DNA of 64,000 nucleotides. Origin: Owenia fusiformis. Its lineage: Eukaryota. The notes below the pieces were generated by a model. That model was given only the letters and a program-made list of their open reading frames with translations, searched no databases and had not been told where the DNA came from. The stretch lies in the NCBI GenBank assembly GCA_903813345.2, contig CAIIXF020000001.1:45756001-45820000 (forward strand), in the 5' to 3' direction. Below are positions 1 to 12,511 of the stretch, piece after piece (the first letter of the stretch is position 1; every line of letters begins with the position of its first letter). A program made the position numbers and the translations under genes.

Positions 1-2546
1 ACTATTTAGATTAGAAAAAGATTTTTTGAATGTAGACTGTTTACAAAAAGCGTTTTAAATTGAGAACTAAACTCCAGCAGACGTACGCAAGTTGAAAATC
101 TGCAAAAGATGATCTGTATTGCCCAGATGTTTAAAACATGATCGATTTTACTAGAGACATCGATATTCTGACAAAATGTCATCTGATCTTGATGAGTGGT
201 AAAAGTCAAGTAAAAAAACTAAAAGTCCTCGTCCTGCCAAAAAGCCATACAACTGGTGTATGCAGTTAGAGTTCACACGTACAAATGTGTCGTTTCAGCG
301 TGTAACGCGTGTCCGCAAACCAGCGGATTGTAAAAGCACACGCAAACCTTCGAGTGTCTACGAGTAAAAGTAGTGCTGTAAAAATCGGACACCTGCAGTC
401 ATCTTGATGATTTCTGAGATGTCAGATATAAAAGAGTACGATCACCATGGTATAATATTACAGCAATCAGTTCATTTGAGTTGGCAAAACAAATATTTAA
501 TAACTTACCCTCAGTGTCTTCAGTAAAGACCGGTTTTCTTTCTTCCGATATTTCCCAAAATGTATCTCCCCAAAATAGTTCTATCCCATTGTACGACAGA
601 ATGGGCCGAATATTGGCTAACAAACAAACAGCGACCACCCCTCTGTTTAATTTCTAGATACAAATCCGCTAAAACGATACCATAAATGTTTATTCTGCCG
701 CCAAGAACTTCTCTATAGCTGTTACATAAACATTTTCTCTCATACTAAATATATCTTATACTCTCTTATACTAAATATAATCTCATTATTAACAATTTGA
801 CCAACATAACAAGAGGTCAAAATAGTTTGCATTTTATTTTCTCATGGCATTTATAATAGCAAATATAAACCCATTCGACTAAGAAATCCGAAATGTTCGT
901 GATAAGACAATACTAGTACCTACAATATGACCTATGTATTTTAACTATGACATGTCCCGTATGGTCTGAACATCATCATGACCATATACATTGTCATAGC
1001 AACGTGTGATCGTTTGGTCTTAAAATGGGATCATTTGGAAGCTTAGCAACGTGCCCATTTGGTCTTAACAACAGGATCAGTCTTCAGTTAACAACAATGC
1101 AAATGAACGAATCCACCAAACGCAGCCTTGCGAATTGGATAAATATATTGTCTATTCTGGCGATTTCTATCTCTATTCGCAAGACTGCGTTTAGTAGGTT
1201 CGTTCATACTTGTATATTCAAGTCCTACAAAAAGTCGTAAAACGGGCTAAATCTAAACACAACTTGTTTAGGTGTCTCAATATTGTATTTGTATAAAGTT
1301 TGTGAAACAAAGGGTTTATCTTAATTTTCATTTATTTTGGGGGCGTTTTGTTTTGATTTTTTGTATACTTTTTGTTAAATCAACCAAATTTTCCTTTGAA
1401 TAACTATAGTATTGAGGGGTCTAAGAATATATTTTGTTCCAACAAGGTTCGGAAAGATATTTTATTTCATTCTCAAGAATTGGTAGAAAGGAACAAAAAA
1501 CAATCGCACTAAAAAACAAAAAATGTTAACAAAAACAGTTATTATAAAATATACATAGATAATTTTCGCATTAACTTGCATGTTGTCAATCAGTCAACAT
1601 TAAATAAAGGACCGTGTTTTTACAGAATGTTTTCAATAATTGGTTTAAGAGAAAAACATTGTTGAATTCAGTTCACCATATCGATACCAATCCTTTACAT
1701 TTACACATTGGTGTCGTCAACGGGAATCATTATACCGTATTCATGTCTATTGAATGAATACTATGCTGGCAGTTTTAATTTCGATGCACAGTAGGCCTAT
1801 AAATTAAATGCTTTTTCAAAAAAAAGATGTATGTCATACATGTTTTAACTCCAAATATCTTATAAGAAACGAGCTTGTTTAAAATATGGATCAGAAAACC
1901 AGCTTGAGAACTATCAATGGTATATTACTATTTCTGGTGTAGTCTAAGAAAACACTGTACCTGAATTTTGAAAAGAGCTACATAAAATGTATATGGGCGA
2001 TTTATACGTATACGTTGTCGTTTCGATGTTATATGCTATGCTTAAACTCTCCAGTATTTATGCAATACGCCAATCTCATTCGCAGTTCGTTCATGTAGCA
2101 TGGGTCGATATAAACACGTACTGCGATTACGTCGTTAACGTCGTTAACGCGTCCCTAGTAAGGTCGAAATACGACAATTACCGTTCGCAGTCTAGTTGGT
2201 CATCTAGTTTGAAATGGTACAAAATTCTAAAGCACGTTCCCGTCCGAGCATGTCCATGAAATTCGTAAATAGACCGTAGAAAGTTGCAGTACTACGTTCA
2301 TTCCGTTCGCACAAAGTTTAAAACCAGTTCGGCAACGTTTTGAGAAATCAAAGGCAGTGACAACTAGTTTGGTGTGATAGCTATTTTTGCTAAGTCGTTC
2401 ATAAGCTGGTTTTATTCCGTCTTCACAACGTATCCAAGCAGTTACGTCCTTAATCAGTTTTAACTCGTTGGCAATTAGTTCTACCTCATTCTCAATGCGT
2501 CCATTGGCTTAAATCCTTAAATGACCAGAAAGTAACAACGCATAGG

Positions 2547-3817
2547 CACGGTGTTATAGCATGACGGTTACGACAAGGCGATTTGCAAAATTTTGCGGTA
2601 ACAATAACAAAAAATGGCGGATTTGAAAGACAACGTGTCCTCTTTCTCGCCTGTAGGCAAGATTCACAGATAAGATTTCCTTTTCAACTAGTTCCATTCG
2701 GTGACGTATATATGGATGGTTATAAAGACTGGGTCAAATCTGCCAGGTGGTTTTCTAGAAGCGGAATATAAGCTGTAAACTTACCGACTGAGATGTCCAA
2801 GTTCATATTTTTTAGTCCATTCTCGTGATTTCTCAGTATATGTGCCTCAGAGCCACTCAAACTATTAACAGTAAGTAAACTGTGTATATAAACAAGCCAT
2901 AAAATGACAAATCCAGAACAGGAACATGGTCATATTGTAAATAAGGTTTCAAACGCAATGTTGTTAGACGACTGCGTATGAATTCTATAGACGGTAACGT
3001 ATTGTATTAGATGTACATTAGATATTTAGCGGACGGTTACGTACATGTACATCTTTCAAATTAAGGTTGCTAGTTCTGATAGCCTCTTTCCATGTTATTG
3101 TTATAATGGGTAAAAAATGGAATATTGAATTGCTTATATTTGTTTTCAGGACTCGCAAGAGACGCTCTTGTTTGATACTCTATAGGGCAAGGATCGAAAA
3201 AATTGTGTCTTGCTTTATTTATGAAACCAATTCAAGTCAAAAAGATAGCAATGAAGAGGGAAAAGAAGAATTAGCATCAAGTACTGATGAATATGACAAA
3301 ATTAATAACAATGAATCTGGGATACATATTTTAACGAGGTTCGCGTAACCGTCAATCAATTTTTTGCGTAACTTAACGCAAATTAAAAATACAATATTAT
3401 GGCTTAAGTAGAACATATTAGGTGGTTCCCCAATGCTCAATTGGCGTTTTATGATCGTATGTAGGTTACATCTATATACCTCGAGGTCGTTAGGCAATGT
3501 AGATCATGCCCTAACGACAAAAATAAACAAATTACTCGTGTAGTTTTGAATTTCAAACTCAACAGTTTTTCGCTTATTTCATGTTATCCCCGGGCATCAA
3601 TTTGCAAAGATATATTACTAATATACATTACTAAGTGCATCACCGAATGCGATGCTTTCATAAATCGTTCATCCTTTCATTGATACACAGTAGAAGAAAA
3701 TAATGCACCAACCTTAGTTTTCTGTTTCATCGCAGCCATTTTGTTGGATAAATCAGTGATCGTAGTCGTCTGATCTCGTTTTCAGAGGTCTCGTAACCGT
3801 CATGCTATAACACGGTG
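2547..3817. mobile_element. Non-autonomous DNA transposon with CAC termini and 5-bp TSD (Transib-like)
   Basis: TIRs CACGGTGTTATAGCATGACGGTTACGA / TCGTAACCGTCATGCTATAACACGGTG (27 bp, 1 mismatch); ATAGG on both flanks. Confidence 0.8.
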
Positions 3818-4272
3818 ATAGGGCTAGCTACAGTAAAACGCCCTTCAGGGTTCAGAGTTTTTATTGAGGTATTAAATCAATCGTTCATTTGAAGATAAAT
3901 CGAGGCTTCAAAAGTAGTCACCGTTGAATCAATTCCTCGCTTCATTGAATACATTTACTACCAATCAAAAGTTACATTAGAATCACGTCGAACTCCCACA
4001 GCGCGTTTCGCAATGTCTCACGTATGTCCTAAGTCCTTTGACACTGGCCTCCCGGAGAGACAACAGAAAATTTCACATTACAGAAATATTTACATGACAA
4101 GTACCTGGACTGACTTGTAAGTAGTGTTTTGATCAATAAGAACATGCATAAATTGTATTTTGACCACATAATCACCGAACTGGCAACATGATCATACGGT
4201 CTTAGCAACAGAATCAATTGGTCTTTGCAACGTGGTCATTGTAACTACAGTTTAAGGTGCAGTGGTACTTAA

Positions 4273-5331
4273 GGTTCAGATGGAAAGTAACATTTTGGTA
4301 AAAAATTGCTATATCTGCACATGTTATTTTCTGGTACAAAATTAAGTATGAAGGCATGTGTGTATTTCCTTGCCTTTTTTCAGGAAAGTATCATTACATT
4401 GTCTACTTTTAGTAAACCTGTAAACAGGTCAATGGTAGCTCCTGTGGAAACTTTAAAAGAAAATGAGTGGTATCGATATGGTGAACTTTTTGAACACACA
4501 CTTCTCTTAAACCAGTCATAAAAAAATCTAGATTTAACACATTGTCAATTTAATGGTCATCTTTTGAATGGTAACAATATAATTTAAAAAAATATATATA
4601 CTTTCATCTATATTGTTTTAGAAAACACATCAAACACTTCATTTGTTCTTGGTATCATGTTTCCAGAGTGAAATGAAACATCTTTCCGAACCTGTTTAGT
4701 TCTCTCAATATCGTAATTGTGCAAAGGAAATTTTGGTTGATTTTAAAAAAGTATCTTGTTAATGAAATAAAAGTAAAGGTTTATCTTGATTTTTATCTAT
4801 TTTGGGGGGATTTTGTTTTAGTTTTTTGAATACTTTTTTGAAATCAACCCAAAATTCATTTGTATAACTATAATATTGAGAGGATATAAAAACATGTTGT
4901 ATATGCTATTTTGTTCCAACAAGGTTCGGAAAGGAGCAAAAACAATTGCACTAAAAAAACAAAAAATGTTAACAAAAACAGTTTATAATATAAAATATTT
5001 CTAAATACTTTTCGCATTAAATTGTTGTCAATCAGTCAACATAACATAAAGTACCATGTTTTTTTACAGAATATTTTCAATAATTGGTTTAAGAGAAAAC
5101 GTTGTTGAATTCAATTCACCATATCGATACCTATCCTTTGGAAAAATAGAAAGTGTGAAATATCAGAACTTCCTGGAGTTCCCATTACTAAAAGAAGACA
5201 ATGTAATGATACTTTCCTGAAAAAAGCAAGGAAATTAACACATGCCTTCATACTTTATTTTGTACCAGAAAATACAGTGTCATGTGCAGGTATAGCAATT
5301 TTTCCCAAAAATGTTATTTTCAAGCTGTACC
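4273..5331. mobile_element. TTAA-flanked MITE (Kolobok-like), same family as 10677-11080, carrying a nested insertion
   Basis: TTAA|GGTTCAGATGGAAAGTAACATTTTGG...CAAGCTGTACC|TTAA with about 135-bp TIRs; inverted relative to the 10677 copy. Confidence 0.8.
4464..5137. mobile_element. MITE nested in the 4273 element; partial second copy at about 1270-1695
   Basis: TIR GGTATCGATATGGTGAA / TTCACCATATCGATACC. It interrupts sequence that is contiguous in the 10677 copy; 4700-5137 is similar to 1270-1695. Confidence 0.7.
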
Positions 5332-5830
5332 TTAACAGGATCAATAAGTTTTAGCAAAATTGTCATCTTGGCTTGATCTAGCAACATGATCATTCGGTCT
5401 TAGCAACATGATCATTTGGTCTTAGCAACAGGATCAATTTGTCTTAGCAACACGGTCATTTTAATTTAGCAACACGATCATTTGGTCTTAGCAACAGGAT
5501 CAATTTGTCTTAGCAACAGGATCAATTTGTCTTAGCAACACCATTTGATCTTAACAACAGGATAATTTGGATCTAGCAATATGATCATTTGGTCTTAGTA
5601 ACATGATCATTTGGTCTTAGCAACAGATCAGTTGGTCTTGGCAACAGATCACTTGATCTTAGCAACATGATCATTTGGTCTTAGCAACATGATCATTTGG
5701 TCTTAACAACAGATCAGTTGGTCTTGGCAACAGATCATTTGGTCTTAGCAACATGATCATTTTGTCTTAGAAACATTAACAATTATTCGTCGCAATATGA
5801 CCACAGCAATATGACCTGGTCTTAGAATGA
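5332..5830. repeat. About 22-bp minisatellite (GCAACATGATCATTTGGTCTTA)n; fragments also at about 995-1095 and 4180-4245
   Basis: About 20 near-identical copies visible. Confidence 0.9.
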
Positions 5831-6414
5831 TCATTAACAAGATACCAAAAGGTAACAAAAATATTATGTATTATCTGATTAAGATTTATTACACTAAAAT
5901 TAGTCAGTCATGATTTAACAAGACTTCATCACCATACATGATTTACCTTCTAAATCATACATGTGTCTTTCCTTTCCCTCATATTACATAATTATGTTAG
6001 AATAGACAGAAACTTCAAAAATAAATTTCAATTCACGAAATGTTCAGGAATAATCAGAACTTACAAGTACTGGAAAAAGCAAATGGTCTCACTTGAGACT
6101 TTAAAAATAGGCATATAACAATCCTTGAATATTCAAGTGAAATATGAGATCCAATGCCCTATTCTACAGCACATGAATTCATATCAATGAAGTCTATTGT
6201 CAAGTTTTAGTAACTTTCAGAAATTATGAATCATTTTGTAACTGGTGATACTGTACATACTATAAATTATTTTAATACATACACTTTGACAAACAAAAAG
6301 TGCATATAATCTTATTATTGTGCAATACATATAAATACTTATATATTGTCTCTGTTAGCAAAATTTGTTATTTGCTCCAAGTTGAACTTCTATCTGTGGT
6401 GGTTCATGAACCAT

Positions 6415-8299
6415 TCACTCTGCATGAACATGAACATGTGGCGGTTCATGTTGTCTTAATGTCCTAAATGTTGAGGCCAAAGCAAAAGCATATAGCATCG
6501 ATATTCCACCCAGGGCTAACGTTGATGTAGCATTAAAATAGTTTCTGTACATGACACGACAATACCACACAAGACCAAGTATAACACCAAATAAAGGCAA
6601 CATCAGCGCACTTAAGTCTATTTCTGCCTGATCTTGGTAAACAAGTTCATCATTCTGCCGTTGTGGGTCTGATAAGAGACAATGGATCGCACTGTTGTCT
6701 TGAATGTTGTAAGCCTCTAAGGTTGCCAGGTCATTGCGCAGTTCCTGACCATTGAATATGAATCGCACCAATTTATTTTCTGCCAGCTCACCTGGGAAAT
6801 GGTCACTGAAACATGAATAATGATATATTAACTACCAGTAGAATTTCCTTATTTAATTGATTTGAACCAATACTGGGCACTACTGGGGTTCTATCACTTG
6901 TTGTTGAAGTACTATGTAAGTCCTTTTTCTAAAATATCCTTTTCAAGATTTCAATTTTCAAATCTATCCCAGGGATTAGACTTTACTGTTCATTTGTGGT
7001 ACACAGGCAAATTATATTGGACCCCGTACAAGCCCGTACGGAGCTCGTTGTGTCGGAGCCTGTACAACCCCGTACGGGCCTTGTTAGAGCCTTGTAAGAG
7101 CTTGTGAGCCTCGTAAGAGCTTGTGATTAAAAAGCCCGGAAAAGCTCGTAATTTTCAACCCCCGTACTTGACCGTACGCTGCCCGTAACGAGCCCCGTAA
7201 TAAATCGTAATTTTCGATCCCGTACTTGCTCGTACGGTGCCCATTACAAAGCCCGTAATAGCTCGTAATTTTCGAGCCTTGTACTTTCCTGTGCGGGGCC
7301 CGATGTGATTTGCCAGTGTATAGATGTCCATCCTTGAACTATAAACTATTGTGCATTAATATTCATTGGGATCATACTGTATGTACTATGTACCTGTACA
7401 TATAATCAAGAAACTATTGGATTATAGTGTTGTTTACAGCTACATGTACATAATAATGATGTCACTTAGAGATCAAAACTTAAGTATATTAATGATACAG
7501 TGCTACAAATAACTTACCGTCGAAAATTTTGAATTGTTGTTTCAGGCTTGGCAAATACTTGTCGTTGACGTTCATCTAGGTATTTAATTCGAACTTTTAT
7601 ATGTCCTTCTGGTATTCCATCTTCAAAACTAGCATTTTCATTATTAATGCTTGATGCTGTTCTTTCACTGTTCTCACTGGTTGGGGCAGCTATTGTTGTG
7701 GGTGTTACATTTTGTCTATCTTGTTTGTTTTGAGTGGATTCTGCTTCAGTTTTATCTGCTTGAGGAGCTAGAGTAGGACTTTGTATACTTGCAGATGCAT
7801 TCTGACTAAAAAATTCCACTCTCCTTTGCCTCAATTCACTTTCATTTTGTGGCGGTTCTGCAATCTCGCATGATTCAATATTTGATTCATTGTCCTCAAT
7901 ATTTGAATCGTTATCTATGTTTATGTCCTCACTATTTGATTCCTTCTCAAATTTAACATCCTCAATATTTGATCCATCAATTATCTCATGCTCAACAGAA
8001 CCATTGGCATGATTAACCTCTTCCTCCACATCCTGAGCTACTTCTTCATGGTTATCGGTTGCATCATTTTCTGTTACATTATTCTCAGTTCCAACTGTTT
8101 CAGTATTCAAATTTTCTTCATTTACTTGTTCAGTGGTATCATCTGTTTGCTGTGCTTGTCTTCTCTCAAATATGATGACACTAACAAAGGGTAGGTCTGC
8201 TACGCTAGTGGAGACCCATGCAACAATGGCTAAAAGCAGGACTGAAAGGACTGCAAATAACACAAGGACCTCATCTCCTATCCCCTCTATCAATGACAT
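6415..8299 (-). CDS. TMUB1: Transmembrane and ubiquitin-like domain-containing protein (TMUB1/TMUB2 homolog), 2 coding exons: 8299-7518 and 6805-6415
   Basis: N-terminus MSLIEGIGDEVLVLFAVLSVLLLAIVAWVST matches the TMUB family start. An acidic linker leads to a UBL domain (IKVRIKYLDERQ...VRFIFNGQELRND...L...IQDNSAIHC) and C-terminal TM helices (LMLPLFGVILGLVWYCR). Donor CG|GTAAG at 7518/7517 and acceptor TTTCAG|T at 6806/6805 join in frame (FRR-DHFPGELAENKLVRF). An acceptor just upstream of the ATG implies a non-coding 5' exon. Confidence 0.93.
7020..7305. repeat. Degenerate CCCGTA-rich short tandem repeat in the TMUB intron
   Basis: Repeated CCCGTAC/CCCGTAA and CTCGTAATTTTC motifs. Confidence 0.6.
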
Positions 8300-8621
8300 C
8301 GCCTGAAAATGGAAAAACGAGTCTCATTTAAACTCTATTTTAAGATGATTAAAAGTTGATCAAATCCATAAATTTGTCCACTCTTCAATAATAAAAATGC
8401 TCTCTTTTTGTCAAGGAAGTGAAATGACAGGTTTTAAACCAAAGCGAATACATGTTTATATTGTGGATGGATTTGGATGTCCATTGTCAACCTCTAATTA
8501 GTAATTCAGGCATGTTATTTTAGTCTGCAATATTTGGAACGACCCCTGGATTTTTGGCACCATACATGAACTTTCAAGAGATCTCATGATATCCAGTGTC
8601 AGATATCATTTACTGTATTAA

Positions 8622-9572
8622 AGGGGCAACAAGGTAGTGGTGCTACGATAAATCGGCAACTCGAATAATCACTCGTTTGGGGAAAAAAATTTGAAATTTG
8701 ATGTTTGTTTTCAACTCCGATTTCGGCTCAAATTGTGTACCATTCGAGTTGGGTTATGTCAATTCGAGTCAGGAACACTATTTACTATAAAAGTACTTAC
8801 ATCTTGATCTATAATCAGCTAATAAAACGTAAAATAACATGTAGAAAACAATTTGTTTTCTTCATTTCTTTTACTTCCGGGATCTAACCTTATCTCCAAA
8901 AGCAGTTCGTTCAGTGAGCTCTGGACGAAATGCTACAGTAGGATAATAATAGGGTCAAATTTTACTTCCGGGCGTCTTTTTTATTTGTTATACGCCTTTA
9001 GAGTTGATAAAATAAACAAAAAACATGTTTGAAGGTATGTAACACATTGCACTTTATTTGTTTTTTCATAACATCGATGATTTACATCAAAAAAGTGGTT
9101 GGCAGCGGGTTGGGAGATTCCCTTCAAAACTTTGGAAAAAATCGAATTTATTCGATTAATCGTCGTCAGTTTGGTCCCGATAATCGTGTCAAATTCGAGC
9201 GAGTCCCACCACAACAACAAGGACTGTAGAGAGAAAATTCGAAATTTTTTATTTTTTCTGAGGTATCAGGTCAATATTTGGCTTAAACATCTTCTTTGGC
9301 ATACCTTTTTTCTTAAAACATATGGATAAACGCTAAATTTCAGCATTAAGAAGTGTAAATTCAGTTCAAAGCTTCTATAAAGGGAGTCCCACTTATGGAT
9401 TTCTAAGATTTACCACTTTCAAGAGGAATATCAGCTGAAATAATGTTCATCCGGGGGTTTCTTTGTAGATAATAAATATATATATGTTAGTCTTGATGAA
9501 AATACAGATTTAATATATATTGACACTGGTCGATGATCGTTGAATGGCCCATCTGCACTAATTGCTGCACCT
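8622..9572. mobile_element. TTAA-flanked non-autonomous element (Kolobok-like)
   Basis: TTAA|AGGGGCAACAAGGTAGTG ... CACTAATTGCTGCACCT|TTAA, imperfect TIRs. Confidence 0.6.
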
Positions 9573-10676
9573 TTAATATATGATCAAAGAATATTTTTTC
9601 CTCCATATTGTGAAACTATGAGTGTGAAGTCTGAACTTATACCCTGCATGCAGAATCTACTTATTAACTACCCTCTGCCTAGTATAGACTATATTACAGT
9701 TTAGCAGCCCCACCCCCATTACTCATGCCCGTGACAGCTCGGGTCCTAAATCACTTCACACGCACCGCACTGACCTATTCTCAGCCAATTATCGAGCTGA
9801 AAGGAACAAGTGCTAAATGCGAGCACAATAATAATGCAATTGCGTCAAAGATAATGACCATAAAGAAAGTCGCCCTTATTTCAACGACGATCTCTGATTG
9901 GTGCGGTGAGTTAGTTCAGAGATTTATTGAAAACAGAAAGAGTGAAGACGAAAGCCCATGCTGTGCCCAGGTGATAAATCATTTCAAATCTACCACGCTG
10001 CACATTGTACATGTATGCAGTGATGTCATAGGAAATGACCATGTAGAAAGTCTTCCGCATTTCGACAACAAACTGATTGGCTCGGTGAGATCAGAGGTTT
10101 ATTGTAAACTGAAAAATTGAAGATGAAGCTTTCTTGAATGAAGTAAAGTCGATGCAAAGGATACTGAACTTCTGAAGGCAAAGCGAAATACGGAAAAATT
10201 GAAAAAATCATAAGAAAAAATTCGGCAACTGTGAATTTGGAGTCAGTATTCGTTTTGCTGTTAAAAACCAAATATACCTTGATGTAAATTGACTTGATCT
10301 AGAGATATACATGTTGACAGAATTCTACATTGCTTACCTTAGTAGAGGTTGGGAAAACCTAAGAATTACAGAAAACTTTTGACAGTAATAAATTTTTTTG
10401 ACTAATGACGTCATCAGATTTAGTACATGTGATATGTACACACCGATAACACCTATTCTATTCCTTCAGTTTTTTGAAACCAAAGTAGAACAATGTGTCA
10501 AATGTATATTTGGATTATGTTCAAATAACAACATGCATGTTTTGGGATGAGAAATTATGTTTTACTCTGATAATTTTATTAATTAAAACTCCTGTACGCT
10601 CACAATGTTGGTGCTCGTATTGTAGCGTAATCTGGTAGATTCCTTTAGATAACATGTTTTCAAATGAATCATTTAA

Positions 10677-11080
10677 GGTACAGCTGGAAAGTAACATTTT
10701 GGTAAAAAATTGCTATACCAGCACATGTTATTTTCTGGTACAAAATAAAGTATGAAGACATGTGTCAATTGCCTTGCTTTTTTCAGGAAAGTATCATTAC
10801 ATTGTCTTCTTTAAGAATATCTAGTAGGAGTTCAATGGGAACTCCAGGAAATTCTGATATTTCACACTTTTTATTTTTCCAAATTTTCTTTAAAAGTTTC
10901 CAGACAACACAGGAGCTACCATTGACCTGTTTCCAGGTTTACTAAAAGAAGACAGTGTAATGATACTTTCCTGAAAAAAGCAAGGAAATACACGCATGCC
11001 TTCATACTTAATTTTGTACCAGAAAATAACATGTGCAGGTATAGCAATTTTTTACCAAAATGTTACTTTCCAGCTGAACC
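10677..11080. mobile_element. TTAA-flanked MITE (Kolobok-like)
   Basis: TTAA|GGTACAGCTGGAAAGTAAC...GTTACTTTCCAGCTGAACC|TTAA with long TIRs. Confidence 0.85.
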
Positions 11081-11481
11081 TTAAAACACTTTGGAAAACG
11101 ACCTAGTGTTACCAGTTTTATAAGAAACCAATGTAAGTAATCGTTCATATTTGTGAGATGGTTGTGACACTCTGATTTCTGAGCTCAACCATCTAAACCC
11201 AACGTGTACAGTGGGGGACATAAAGAATTCGAATTACAAGCTGGGTCCGCTGTCGCACATGTAATAAATTCTTACCCCAGTGTATTCAGTGCTCTATTTT
11301 CTCAGTCCTAGTAAGTCCAGATATACTGGAATTCGTGTCCATAATGACAAATAAGAACTTAAAAATTTGAAGTGGAATTCACATGTTATGCCAACTCTTC
11401 AAATGTTGAGGTGATTTTGGAGCATGATTGCGCCTAGACGTGGATCTACGGCTCTAGTGACTTATTTGACTATCGGAGTTC

Positions 11482-11884
11482 CAGGCCTGTCAACTGTCCC
11501 GCAATTTGCGTATTTGTCACGCATTTGCTGAAGAATTTGAAGTCACGCCAGTTTTTTTTGCGTGACAGAAAATGTCACGCAAAATAAGCATTTTACCTGG
11601 CAATTGTCAAGCAAAAATATTTCTGTAGAAATTTTTTCGAAATATGTTTACGATACGGTAAAAATACGAACGTCGGAAAAAACCGAACGCAATTTGGTCG
11701 GATTTGTCACGCGAATCCCGTATGTGTCACGCATGTTCATTGTTCATACCTACCCCCCCCCCCCAAAGGTGTTTAAAAGTTGGCCAAAGGTGTTCAAAAT
11801 TTGGACAAAAGTGTTCAGATTTTGACTTAGGTGTCCAACATTTTGAAGTCACTCATATTAGGTGGTCCCAAGTTGACAGCCCTG
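11482..11884. mobile_element. hAT-like MITE with 6-bp flanking duplication
   Basis: CAGGCCTGTCAACT ... AGTTGACAGCCCTG; GAGTTC on both sides. Confidence 0.7.
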
Positions 11885-12164
11885 GAGTTCTGATAGGGTC
11901 ACTAGAGCCATGACAAATCTCAGATATATAAATAAAGCCCCAGAGGCGCATGAATGCACCTAGATTGCGCCGCAATGTGGATTGGCTCCCAGAATGCCGT
12001 TCCGCCATTTTGAAATCTGCCACGAGTAAATTTGGTGACCTGATGTTGCATTCTGGGAGTCAATCCTTGAATCACAAACATGGCGATTTATGAAAACATT
12101 CGTTCGATTTGGTACATGTAGGGATCCAACATTTGCAGGTATGAAGCATTGGATTCATTTATTG

Positions 12165-12511
12165 CAGTGTGGAAAATAAGCATTTCTTGTGCCTGGACAA
12201 ATTTGTCCAGTCACTTTGAAGCACTCCAGACAAATTCTTTTTTGACTGGTCAAAATTCTGACCAGACAGTTTGAAAACACACTGGACAATTTTTTTTACT
12301 TGGTCAATGTAAAAAAAAATATATACATGGAAACAGAAGGGTTGGGGGGGGGGGGTTATAAAATGATTGAAATTCTTAACCATTGAAATCTATATTTTGC
12401 ATTGTTTCATTTGTTGACAACTTCTTTCTCAGAAGACAATTTTGACCACACAGTTTGAAACAGTCTGGACAAATTTCTTTGTCTGTTGTCTGGTGCTTAT
12501 TTCCCACACTG
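12165..12511. mobile_element. hAT-like MITE with 6-bp flanking duplication
   Basis: CAGTGTGGAAAATAAGCA ... TGCTTATTTCCCACACTG; TTATTG on both sides. Confidence 0.7.

Noticed and set aside
2547..3817. Bona fide 12/23 RSS pair or RAG locus
   Set aside because: No ACAAAAACC-like nonamer at 12 or 23 bp and no RAG1/Transib ORF in the window.
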